Assembly: GCF_036321535.1 (NCBI RefSeq)
Contig: NC_087436.1
Location: 67,458,001 to 67,522,000, forward strand
Direction: 5' to 3'
DNA length: 64,000 bases
Source: Camelus dromedarius
Lineage: Eukaryota
Below are positions 12,506-23,869 of this stretch, in pieces. The translations under genes and the position numbers were made by a program. The first letter of the stretch is position 1. Each line of letters opens with the position of its first letter. Under the pieces are notes generated by a model, which was not told the origin of the DNA, did not search any database, and saw only the letters and a program-made list of their open reading frames with translations.

Positions 12506-14115
12506 ATTGTTGATGCTGCTGCTGTTTTTCTTCTTGTTGTATTTAGTCTGCCTTTCTTAGGCTCTGTTAGAAAATCAACCTGTGTTCCCCAGACTCTGAT
12601 ATTCAACCACCTTCCCCTGTTCCCAAATCCCCTGCAAATTAAACAGATTGGAGCTCTTTAAATAATGTTTCAAAATAAAAGCCAAAACAAACCCAGTTTA
12701 GCTTCATAGCAGATGTTGTAGTTCTAGACTGAATTAGTCATCAAATCTGCCTCTCTTTGTATATTTTTATTGTTGTTGATTTTGGAGAATGATACCAAAT
12801 TAATGAATTGCCTTTCAAATCCCCTTTGAAAATATGCTTATAGCCAAAAGACGGTAGGCCCAGGTGTGGTAGCAGAGTTAATTAGAATGTGCACATTAGA
12901 TGCATCTCAGAAGGCTGCATATCCAATGCAAATTTTCGAGTGCTTAATGTCCATTCAGATGTGTGTAGTGATTGCAGCATTACAGGGGACAGAGCTAGAA
13001 TCTGTGAGCTTATGAGCTTGGACAGAGCTTTCTTGTGTACTGAGTAGAAAACTGAATGAGGCAAGATGGCAAAATCTTTTACTGATTCCTTTGGAATTAA
13101 TTCTTATTGCATCAGCCACTAAGATGCACATCTTGCATAATAATAATTACATTGCTATAACAGGACTTTCATTTTGGCTTGATTCAGTGCATAATATTCA
13201 GTATATGTTTATGTGTGTCCTGGACCCTTTTAAAGTACCCACCGTCAAATAAAATGCTAGTGTCACATGACAAACATCTCTAATACTCTTATTAACTATC
13301 TAGTGATTATATTTTATCTTTAAAAAAATTCTATAATTTCTATTAGGTTTTTACGAGTTAGTAAATCACACAGTTTTGGCATAAATTTGCAACAAATTGA
13401 GAGACAGATATGAGTCTCTCTCAGACAGGTGGAAATCAAAATAGCACTATTCTTACTGAGTAAGCCAGTGGGAAAATGGTGCTTTAGATTTATGACAAAA
13501 AGGACTCACCACTGATGTCAGAATTGGGTTTGAATTAGGTAGTCTCAAGCAGTACTGGACAACCTCAGACCTCCTCTGTCAGAAAAAGCCTCTTAGCACA
13601 TAGCAAAGAAAGTGTGGAATGAATGCATTTTACAGATTAGAGTTTCCAAAAAGAGAATCAAAGCAGAGCTTAGACAAACTTTAGTTCCCCCAAATTCACC
13701 AATCAAGTACATTTGTTACCATTTGAAAATATCAAGTGCTCTATCCCACAGTAGAATAACGTCTTGTTTGTTAAAACAAAACAAAAACAGGAACAAAAAC
13801 AAACCACCCAAAATGTCAAGGTACGCTAATTTGAAAATTGGAAGAGTTATTAAAAAAATAATTTAGACAAGAGATACAACCCCTCTGAGAGTCTGTCTCC
13901 ATCTCTGTCTCTGTTTTAAAGAATGAGTGTCAAACTACCTGTCTCTGTAGGCTAGTCCCACACACTGAAGGATTTTAAGGAATTACGATGTTGGCTGCAA
14001 GAAACCACCACAGTTCTCACTAGAGAAGGCCCAAAAGACTTAGAAATTGTGATAAATATATTTTCACAGGCTTGCACATTATTGATGAGGTAACCCAATC
14101 TATTTTAGGTTCTAT

Positions 14116-14384
14116 TGTATTTGTTTCCTATTCCTGCTCTAGGAAATTACCACAAATTAATTGGCTTAAAACAATACATATTTGTTATCTTACAGCTCTG
14201 GAGGTTAGAATACAAAGTGAGTTTCTCTGGGCCAAAATCAAAGTGCGGCTGTAGGGGAGAATCCAGCCCCCTTTTGCTTCTAGCATCTACCTTCATTCTT
14301 TGGCTCATGGCCCCTCCTTCCATCAAAGCCAGCAGTGTAGCATCTTCCAATATATCTCTCTAAGGACATTAGAGAGAAATTCTG
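14116..14384 (-). mobile_element. MLT1 (ERVL-MaLR) solo LTR, left part, split by the L1
   Basis: aattaccacaaa...ggcttaaaacaa...tcttacagctctggagg...ggctcatggcccctccttccatc resembles the MLT1C/D reverse strand. Confidence 0.8.
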
Positions 14385-14715
14385 CTATAAATTTTTTTTG
14401 ACATTTTTTATTCATTTATAATCATTTTACAATGTGTCAAATTCCAGTGTTCAGCACAATTTTTCAGTCATTCATGGACATATACACACTCATTGTCACA
14501 TTTTTTTCTCTGTGAGTTACCATAACATTTTGTGTATATTTCTGTGTGCTATACAGTGTAATCTTGTTTATCTATTCTACAATTTTGAAATCCCAGGCTA
14601 TCCCTTCCCACCCTCCACCCCCCAGTAACCACAAGTCTGTATTCTCTGTCTATGAGTCTATTTCTGTCCTGTATTTACACTTTGTTTTTGTTTGTTTGTT
14701 TTTGTTTTTGTATTT

Positions 14716-17700
14716 TTAGATTCCACATATGAGCGATCTCATATGGTATTTTTCTTTCTCTTTCTGGCTTACTTCACTTAGAATGACATTCTCCAGGAGC
14801 ATCCATGTTGCTGCAAATGGCATTATGTTGTCGGTTTTTTTGGCTGCGTAGTATTCCATTGTATAAATATACCACCTCTTCTTTATCCAGTCACCTGTTG
14901 ATGGACATTTAGGCTGTTTCCATGTTTTGGCTATTGTAAATAGTGCTGCTATAAACATTGGGGTGCAGGTGTCATCCTGAAGTAGGGTTCCTTCTGGATA
15001 TAAGCCCAGGAGTGGGATTCCTGGGTCATATGGTAAGTCTATTCCTAGTCTTTTGAGGAATCTCCACACTGTTTTCCACAGTGGCTGCACCAAACTGCAT
15101 TCCCACCAGCAGTGTAGGAGGGTTCCCCTTTCTCCACAGCCTCTCCAGCATTTGTCATTTGTGGATTTTTGAATGACGGACATTCTGACTGGTGTGAGGT
15201 GATACCTCATTGTAGTTTTGATTTGCATTTCTCTGATAATTAGTGATATTGAGCATTTTTTCATGTGCTTTTTGATCATTTGTATATTTTCCTTGGAGAA
15301 TTGCTTGTTTAGCTCTTCTGCCCATTTTTGGATTGGGTTGTTTGGTTGTTCCTAGTTAAGTCGTATGAGCTGCTTATATATTCTGGAGCTCAAGCCTTTG
15401 TCGGTTTCACTTGCAAAAATTTTCTCCCATTCCGTAGGTTTTCTTCTTGTTTTACTTCTGGTTTCCTTTGCTGTGCAGAAGCTTGTAAGTTTCATTAAGT
15501 CCCATTTGTTTATTCTTCCTTTTATTTCTTCTAGGAGAAAATTTTTGAGATGTATGTCAGATAATGTTTTGCCTATGTTTTCCTCTAGGAGGTTTATTGT
15601 ATCTTGTCTTATGTTTAAGTCTTTAATCCATTTTGAGTTGATTTTTGTATATGGTGTAAGGGAATGTTCTAGTTTCATTGCTTTACATGCTGCTGTCCAG
15701 TTTTCCCAACACCATTTGCTGAGGAGACTGTCTTTATTCCATTGTATATTCTTGCCTCCTTTGTCGAAGATTAGTTGACCAAAAGTTTGTGGGTTCATTT
15801 CTGGGCACTCTATTCTGTTCCATTGGTCTATATGTCTGTTTTGGTACCAATACCATGCTGTCTTGATGACTGTAGCTCTATAGTATTGTCTGAAGTCTGG
15901 GAGAGTTATTCCTCCAGCCTCTTTCTTTCTCTTCAGTAATGCTTTGGCAATTCTAGGTCTTTGATGGTTCCATATAAATTTTATTATGATTTGTTCTAGT
16001 TCTGTGAAATATGTCCTGGGTAATTGGATAGGGATTGCATTAAATCTGTAGATTGCCTTGGGAAGTGTGACCATTTTAACAATATTGATTCTTCCAATCC
16101 AAGAGCATGGAATATCTTTCCATTTTTTAAAGTCTTCTTTAATTTCCTTCATCAATGGTTTATAGTTTTCTGTGTATAATTCTTTCACCTCCTTGGTTAG
16201 ATTTATTCCCAGATATTTTATTACTTTGGGTGCTATTTTAAAGGGGATTGTTTCTTTACTTTCTTCTTCTGTTGATTTATCGTTAGTGTAAAGAAATGCA
16301 ACTGATTTTTGAACGTTAATTTTGTAACCTGCTACCTTGCTGAATTCTTCAATCAGCTCTAATAGCTTTTGTGTGGACCTTTTAGGGTTTTCTGTATATA
16401 GTAACATGTCATCAGCATATAATGACACATTTACCTCTTCTTTTCCAATTTGGATCCCTTTTATTTCTTTCTCTTGCCTGACTGCTGTGGCTAGGACTTC
16501 CAGGACTATGTTGAATAGGAGTGGTGATAGTGGGCATCCTTCTCTTGTCCCAGATTTTAGTGGGAAGCTTTTGAGTTTTTCACCGTTGAGTACTATGCTG
16601 GCTGTAGGTTTGTCATATATAGCTTTTATTATGTTGAGATATGTTCCCTCTATACCCCCTTTGGTGAGAGTTTTTATCATAAATGGGTGTTGAATTTTAT
16701 CAAATGCTTTTTCTGCATCTATTGAGATGATCATGTGGTTTTTGTCCTTTCTCTTGTTGATGTGATGTATTACACTGATTGATTTGCGTATGTTGAACCA
16801 CCCTTGTGTCCCTGGGATGAACCCCACTTGGTCATGATGTATAATCTTTTTTATGTGTTGTTGGATTCTATTTGCTAAAATTTTGGTGAGGATTTTGGCG
16901 TCTATGTTCATCAGTGATATTGGCCTATAATTCTCTTTTTTTTGTAGTGTCTTTGCCTGATTTTGGTATGAGGGTGATGGTGGCTTCATAGAATGAGTTT
17001 GGGAGTATTCCCTCCTTTTCAATCGTCTGGAAGAGTTTGAGAAGGACTGGTATAAGTTCTTCTTTGTATGTTTGGTAGAATTCCCCGGTGAAGCCGTCCA
17101 GTCCTGGACTTTTATTTGTAGGGAGGTTTTTAATTGCTATTTCTATTTCCTTTCTAGTGATCGGATTGTTCAAGTGTTCAGATTCTTCTTGATTCAGTTT
17201 TGGTGGACAGTATGTTTCCAGAAACTTGTCCATCTCCTCTAGGTTATCCAGTTTGGTTCCATATAGTTTTTCATAATATTCTCATATGATATTCTGTATT
17301 TCTATTTTGTTTGTTGTAATTTCTCCATTTTCCTTTCTTATTTTGCTAATTTGTGCTCTCTCTTTTTTCTTCTTTGTGAGTTTGGCCAGAGGTTTGTCGA
17401 TTTTACTTACTTTTTCAAAAATCCAGCTTTTGGTTTGGTTGATTTTTTCTATGGTCTTGTTAATCTCTATTGTATTTAATTCCCCTCTGATCTTTATTAT
17501 TTCCTTCCTTCTGCTGCTTTTTGGGGCTTTTTGTTCTTCTTTTTCTAATTCATTCAGGTGGTGGGTTAAATTGTTTATTTGAGATTGTTCTTCTTTTTTG
17601 AGGAAGGCCTGTATCACTATAAACTTCCCTCTTAGCATTGCCTTTGCTGTGTCCCATAGGTTTTGAGTGGTTGTGCTTTCATTATCATTTGTCTCAAGGT

Positions 17701-18514
17701 ATTTTTTAATTTCATCTTTGATTTCCTCATTGATCCATTGTTTTTTCAATAACGTATTGTTTAATCTCCATGCTTTCCTTTTATTCTCCTTTGTTTCTCT
17801 GTTGTTTATTTCCAGTTTCATGTCATTGTGGTCAGTAAAGATGCTTGAGATAATTTCTATCTTCTTATAATTGTTGAGGTTTCTTTTGTACCCAAGTACA
17901 TGATCGATCCTGGAAGATGTTCCATGTGCACTTGAAAAGAATGTATATCCTATTTTTGGGGGGTGTAATGCTCTGAAAATATCCACCAAATCTAGTTTTT
18001 CTATTGTAGTATTTAATTTCTCTGTTGCCTTGTTTATTTTCTGTCTGGAAGATCTGTCTAGTGATGTTAATGCAGTGTTAAAATCTCCAACTATGATTGT
18101 ATTCCCATCAATATCCCCCTTCATCTCTGTTAGTAATTCTTGTATGTACTTAGGTGCTCCTATATTGGGTGCATATATATTAACGAGTGTAATATCCTCA
18201 TCTTGTATCACTCCTTTAATCATTATAAAATGTCCTTCTTTATCTTTCTTGATGGCCTTTGTTTTAAAGTCTATTTTGCCTGAAATCAGTACTGCAACAC
18301 CTGCTTTTTTGGCTTTTCCATTTGCATGGAATATCCTTTTCCATCCTTTCCCTCTCAATCTATATGTGTCCTTCTCCGTAAAGTGGGTCTCTTGTATGCA
18401 GCATATTGAAGGTTCTTGCTTTATTATCCAGTCTGCCACTCTGTGTCTTTTGACTGGAGCATTTAGTCCATTAACATTTACAGTAATTAATGATAGATGT
18501 GTGTTTATTGCCAT
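14716..18514 (-). pseudogene. LINE-1 ORF2p (APE endonuclease, reverse transcriptase, CCHC C-terminal domain), disrupted
   Basis: EN motifs NVNGLN, CIQETH, GDFN, RIDH, TDHN. RT motifs [23 protein letters not shown]-terminal [18 protein letters not shown]. Lesions: in-frame TGA at 17282-17284 (probable CGA>TGA), +1 A in the A-run at 16936-16943, in-frame TAG at 15352-15354. Confidence 0.95.
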
Positions 18515-18920
18515 TTTGAACTTATCTTTGCAGTTGAATTGGTATATCCTCTTTGTTCCTTTCTTCTTCCTTTTGTGGTTTGGTAATTTTCCTTTGCATT
18601 TTCATGGATTTTATTTAATTTTTGTGACTCCTTTGTACATTTTTGGCTTGTGGTTACCCTTTTTTGTAAATCTATCAACCCATTACTATAACTGTTTTTA
18701 TTAAACTGATAGTAACATGATCTCAAACCCATCCTACTGTTAAAAAAAAATTTAAAAAAGAAAGAAAAAGATATTCTATATTTCCCTGCCTCCCTCTCCT
18801 ACTCTCAGTGATTTGTATGTCTTCTTTTATAATTTCATGTTTACTTTATTTGTAATTCATGAGTTATCACCTTTCCAGTTGTGAGTTTCTCATTTCTGTA
18901 GCATCCTGCTGCTTTTCTAT

Positions 18921-19829
18921 TTAGAGTAGACCTTTCAATATTTCTTTTAGCATGGGTTTAGTGTTGCTAAACTCCTGCAGCTTTTTTTTTTTTTTGTCTG
19001 TGAAACTCTTTATTTCTCCTTCTATCGTCAAGGATAGCCTTGCTGGATAAAGGATCCTAGGCTGCATCTTTTTTTCATTCAGGGCTTTGAATAGATCTTG
19101 CCACTCCCTTCTGGCCTGTAGTGTTTGTGTAGAGAAATCAGCTGAGAGCCTTATGGGGGTTCCCTTGTAACTTACTCTTTGCTTTTCTCTTGCTGCCTTT
19201 AGAATCATTTCTTTATCCTTGACTCTGGCCATCTTGATTATGATATGTCTTGGTGTGGGTCTATTTGGGTTCTTCCTGTTTGGGACCATCTGAGCTTCCT
19301 GTACTTGGATATCTGATTCCTTCTTTAAGTTTGGGAAGTTTTCAGTCATGATTTCTTCAAAAACCTTTTCAATGCCCTTTGATCTTTCTTCTCCTTCTGG
19401 GACCCCTATTATGTGAAGATTGGGACGCTTTATATTATCCCTTAGGTCCCTTATGCTATTTTCATTATTTTTTACTTGCTTATCTTGTAGTTCTTCTGAG
19501 TGGGTGCTTTCTATTGCCCTGTCTTCTAGATCGCTAATTCGTTCCTCTGCATTATCTAGTCGGCTTTGCACAGCTATTAGATCATTCCTCATCTCTGTCA
19601 ATGAGTTTACCCATTCTACTTGGCTCTTCTTTATAGCTTCAATTTCATTTTTGACATATTTTATATCTCTAAACACTATCTCTTTTAATTCCTTCAGCAA
19701 TTCGATCACTCCTTTTTTGAAATCTTGATCTAGTAGGCTATCGATGTCTATTTCGTTGATCTTTCTTTCAGGGGATTTCTCTTGTTCTTTTAATTGGGAA
19801 AGGTTTTTCTGCTTCTTCATCTTGCTCAT
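18921..19829 (-). CDS. LINE-1 ORF1p (coiled coil, RRM, CTD), 302 aa, open reading frame intact
   Basis: Motifs AEERISDLED, NLHIIGVPEGEE, PRHIIIK, ILKAAREK, PIRLSADFS, ARREW and YPARLS are typical of ORF1p. An A-run is expanded in frame (DKKKKKL). Confidence 0.95.
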   Translation of the reverse strand: MSKMKKQKNLSQLKEQEKSPERKINEIDIDSLLDQDFKKGVIELLKELKEIVFRDIKYVKNEIEAIKKSQVEWVNSLTEMRNDLIAVQSRLDNAEERISDLEDRAIESTHSEELQDKQVKNNENSIRDLRDNIKRPNLHIIGVPEGEERSKGIEKVFEEIMTENFPNLKKESDIQVQEAQMVPNRKNPNRPTPRHIIIKMARVKDKEMILKAAREKQRVSYKGTPIRLSADFSTQTLQARREWQDLFKALNEKKMQPRILYPARLSLTIEGEIKSFTDKKKKKLQEFSNTKPMLKEILKGLL

Positions 19830-20229
19830 ACCTCTTTGGCACTGTGGTTTATGGAGTATCAGTTGTTTATTTTGGTCCTTAAGGATTTTATCTATCTGAT
19901 GCCTATTTAGGAATAGAACTTAGGAAAAAAAGAAAAAAAAATAAGAGAGAGAGAGAATTTTAAAAGAAGGGAGAAAGAGGGTTTGAAAACAGTGTATAAT
20001 GAATAATAGAAGAGTGAGTTGAAGCAGAGTATTAATCGGGTTGAGACGTCCTTTTAAAACCTTTACAAAAAAAGGGGGGGGGAGATGAATAGATGTATTT
20101 GAAACCTGTGTCTAATCAATAACAGGACATCAAAACCCAAGAGAAATAGAAATGAATTAAGAAGTAAAGATTAAGAGAGTAATAGAAAATAGAACAGGTA
20201 AAAACAGTTTTTAAAAAAAAAAGGGGGGG

Positions 20230-21489
20230 GTGTTGTCGGCGTTCTCCTGGAGTCTGTGTGCTTTTAATGTGAAGTCTTTCTGTCTTCGTCCTGTTTTGGA
20301 AGCTCAGCTTGCTGTTTTCAGAGGCCCTCCGTTGGCGCCCTCTTCTGTGCTGCTCCCAGCAGCTGTCGGCAAGCAGATCGCGCCTCCTCCTAACACTGGG
20401 TCAGGTGCAGCTCTCCTCTGCTGTGGGCGGGCGGGTCGCTGCCCCTCCGGATGCCGCAGTCAGACTGGCCAGGTAGGAGGGCGGGTAGTGCCCCCTCCCA
20501 GCACCTCCCAGGGGCTGTGTTCCTGCCCGAAAGGCGGGGGGCCGCTGTCGCTCTACCTGCGCTGCCGGTAGCTCCGCTGCTCTGTGCCGCTGCGCGCTCC
20601 GCCCTGGTCGGCGCTCAGCGGGTGGGCTCGGGGAAGACCGAGGGACAGCCTTGTCCCTGCTCCGAGCCAGAAGCCAGCTCCTTGTTTGTCTTTGTGGAGC
20701 AAATTCTCTGAGGAACCTGGATGGAGGATCCTATCTGCCCCGGGCTGCAGGCCAGTCTCAGTCTGGCCTTTGAGGCTGCTAAGCCCTTCGGTGGGGATGC
20801 AGGTTTCGCCCCCGCCCCCTCCTGAGTGTTCAGCGCGGAGGGTATGGCGGCTGTGCCTGAGCCCCGCCTCTCTTCCCCGGAAAAGTTTCCGCGGGTTTTC
20901 AGAGATAGGGGTGTGTACCCTTCCCCCGGGAGCACATCAACCTTGCTGTTTTATGGAGGGCCCAGGTTGTTCTGCCCTGTGCACCCACAGCCACAGCGCG
21001 CAACCTCTTGCGTTCCCCCGGGGCTCCCTTCGTGCAGCCGCCCCCGTCCTCTGCCCAGCTTGGGCAGCCTGGCCCTGCCAGCTGCTGCCGGCCGCGTCTC
21101 AGACTGGGTGTTGGGGGGACGCTCTGTGCCTGTTTAACTTAGTTCTGTTAGTCAAGGGCTGCTCTGTACAGATCCGAGCCTCGGAGGCTCCCCCTCCGTT
21201 CCGCTGGCCTCTCAGTTGGAGAGGGGAGACCCAGCGAGTGAGCGCCAGTCCTCCTTTGCTGCTCCCTCCCCGCGGGACCCGTCCCGCGCTGCTTTGCCTT
21301 TTGTTCTTTCTTTTTTCCTTTTCTCCTACCAGATTTTTGGCCTCTTTATCTTTTGAAGAGGGCGATGTTCTGTCGGAGTTCCGCAGGTGCTCTGGTTGGC
21401 TGAGTGGGTCTGTAGATGTGGGTCTTGGTGTATTTGTGGGAGAGGGTGACCTGCGAGCGTCCTTCTACTCCGCCATCTTCTCCGTCTCT
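20230..21489 (-). promoter_or_regulatory. GC/CpG-rich L1 internal promoter region with YY1-type motif
   Basis: The only extended CpG-dense stretch in the window. CCGCCATCTT (AAGATGGCGG on minus) at 21470-21479 sits at the position of the YY1 site in mammalian L1 5' ends. Confidence 0.8.
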
Positions 21490-21499
21490 CTATAAATTT

Positions 21500-21680
21500 C
21501 TTTTGGAAGAGTTTCTGATAAGACTTTATGATTACTTTGGACTCACCCGAATAATCTCCTCTTCTGAAGGTCTTTAATTTAATCACATCTGCAGAGTCAC
21601 ATTTGCAATGATTAAGGTAACATATTCACAGGTGCCAGGGACAGGGACATTGATGCTTTCGGGGGTGCTGTTTTTCTATC
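21500..21680 (-). mobile_element. MLT1 solo LTR, right part
   Basis: tttaatcacatctgcagagtc...aaggtaacatattcacaggtgccaggg continues the MLT1 that is interrupted at 14384. Confidence 0.8.
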
Positions 21681-21819
21681 TATCTCACCTAAGCATGTCA
21701 TGTAGCCTATTGGGTGAGACTTTTGCTCATGTCAGTACCCACATCCTTGACTGTAAGAACTCAGAAGTAAAACACACCCTATTTAATTGTAAATTATAAA
21801 TGTAATTTTTAGTTTAGAA

Positions 21820-22310
21820 TAAAGACAGAATGTCCACGATCATATCAATCAATGCAGAAAAAGTAATACCCATCCATGATAGACAAAAAAATAGCAAACT
21901 AGAAATAGAATTGAGAGCCCAGAAATAAATCCTTACATTTATATTCAACTGATTTTTAACATGGATGTCAAGATAATTCAATAGGAAAAAATAGTCTTTG
22001 TAATAAATGGCATTTGGATACTGGAATATCTACATGCAAAATATGAAGTACTGTACACTAGTTACAGAAATTAACAAAAGAATCATAGACCTAAATGTAT
22101 GAGCTGACACTATTAAACTCTTAAACAAAAGCAAAGGAATAAATGTCTATGTTTTTGGGCTAGGTGATGATTAAATTATAATATTTTGTTCTTTAAATGA
22201 CAACTATAAAGAAGGTGAAAAGAAAACCTACAGAAGGAACAAAACATTTTCAAATGATACATCTGGTATTTAAAATACGTCAAGAATTCTTAAAATTCAG
22301 TAAGAGTATA
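21820..22310 (+). mobile_element. Old L1M ORF2 fragments
   Basis: atcaatcaatgcagaaaaag, gagagcccagaaataaatcc, atcatagacctaaatgt. Confidence 0.75.
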
Positions 22311-23869
22311 GCCATTTCTGGAAGGTCTTTAGATGAACTAAGAATGGGACAAGACTGAAAATATTTTACACAATTTTATAAAGTTATGATGGATTGATTT
22401 AACCTGTCTTGAAATAAAATTCTATAAAGGGAATCAGAACTTTTCTCCTCCATCTCATTATGTAACTTAAATAACAAGAATGGTTATTGATATTTTCATT
22501 AAGACCAATAACTGAACTGAAAATGTCAAGGAATTTTGATTCAGATCAATCCTGCTTTAATAACCTGTGTGACTCTTGACAGGTCATCTTACTTTGGAAT
22601 ACTTTTTTTGCCATTAAGTTAAACTTAATTATATTAATTGCTTAACTAATTCTAAAAATAATTATCAAACACTTGCTAGAAGCTTGTCACTGTTTTAAGC
22701 CCAGGGGAAACAGTGCTAAATATGTAATATTTAATATATTTCATACACAATCAGAGTTATAGGAAGGATTACACAAGATGATTTAATTGTCTTACAGTGT
22801 CAAAATGGGCCTAAATAAAAAGTACGTATCATTCATTTTTCTTTACATGCTAGGACTGACTCACTTCACATTTGAAATCTGGTGTGATGCCTAGGTCAGT
22901 TCAGCTGCATTTTGATCCATGAGACATTAGTTAGGTAGTACTTAGCGATTGTACCCATTGTACCTTGAACAGGTCATTAGTGGAATTAGTGAGTATAATT
23001 GCCTCTTTAATTGTTAGAAATATTTGGAACTTGAATCTGGCTTTGGGAGTTATTAACAAATGTGTTGATCTCACTCACAATTTCATTATCTAAATTATTT
23101 GTTAAAAGGTACCTATTTCTGCCCACTGAGCTAAATTCTCTTTGGTTAATCCTTTCAGTAGTTCTCATACCAGTTTTATAAAATGATTTGTAACTTTCTA
23201 GTTTTTTTCTTGGAGATACAATAAAATAATGATGAGTAGAAAACAATGACAAGAGTGGAAATCAATCTTTAAAATATCTAAGGTTTTTTCTTCCTCCTGG
23301 AAAAACACTAGAAAATTTTAGGCTAAAATGAGATGTGTCATGAACTGGCTAGTAGAGAATGTTGAACAATTCATTTTTGTTGTTGCTGTTGTTCCACATG
23401 ATACCTACTGAGTTTTAGGGTGTTTTGACTAGAAGCTTTCCAAACCAGAAAAAAGAGGAAAAATCATATCGGGAACAAGCAGTTCTTGCAGTTAGCAAGT
23501 CAGGTTGAAGCATAAAGTTCTCTCTTAATTTTGTTTCTTCAGACTGCTGAATTGAATCCCACAACTTTTGCTGACATTCAAACCAGAACACTGCTAGTAA
23601 GGCAACAGAGTAGGAGCAAAGTTGGACACCATTTTGTAACATTTCTGTAAAGTAAGCTGGGGAAATGCATTCTCAATTCTGCTGAAGTTAAAAAAAACTT
23701 TTAAGTACAGTATTGCTCAATTAATAGTTGATGGCTTAAGAAAAGAATAAGATAGAAGTGTTATAATATCCCTAATATTTACACTATTTATTATTTTACA
23801 TAATTTCAAATGGAAACATACTGATAAGGTTTTCTCTTGGCATTTCTGTTCATTTTATAAAAAGTAATA

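Larger units (their letters stand above)
14395..21489 (-). mobile_element. Full-length young LINE-1 (5'UTR, ORF1, ~400 bp inter-ORF spacer, disrupted ORF2, 3'UTR, short poly(A))
   Basis: ORF1 and ORF2 translations match the L1 protein architecture. The 5' end reads GAGAGACGGAGAAGATGGCGG on the minus strand. A short A tail lies at ~14392-14399. TSD ctataaattt at 14385-14394 and 21490-21499. Confidence 0.97.

Noticed and set aside
14355..14377. Perfect 9-bp hairpin (tctctctaa-ggaca-ttagagaga) next to the L1 insertion site
   Set aside because: The arms are low-complexity CT/AG sequence and there is no evidence of function.
16936..16943. +1 frameshift in ORF2 as a programmed frameshift site
   Set aside because: It is one extra A in a homopolymer, seen in one copy only. 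Slippage mutation or sequencing error is more parsimonious.
17282..17284. TGA in ORF2 as a second recoding site
   Set aside because: It falls on the Arg of IIREYY and fits CGA>TGA CpG deamination after insertion. No second young copy covers this position.
15365..19728. + strand ORFs (137, 118, 98, 224, 102 aa) rich in F/L/S/I
   Set aside because: These are antisense shadows of L1 ORF1/ORF2 with low-complexity composition, not independent genes.
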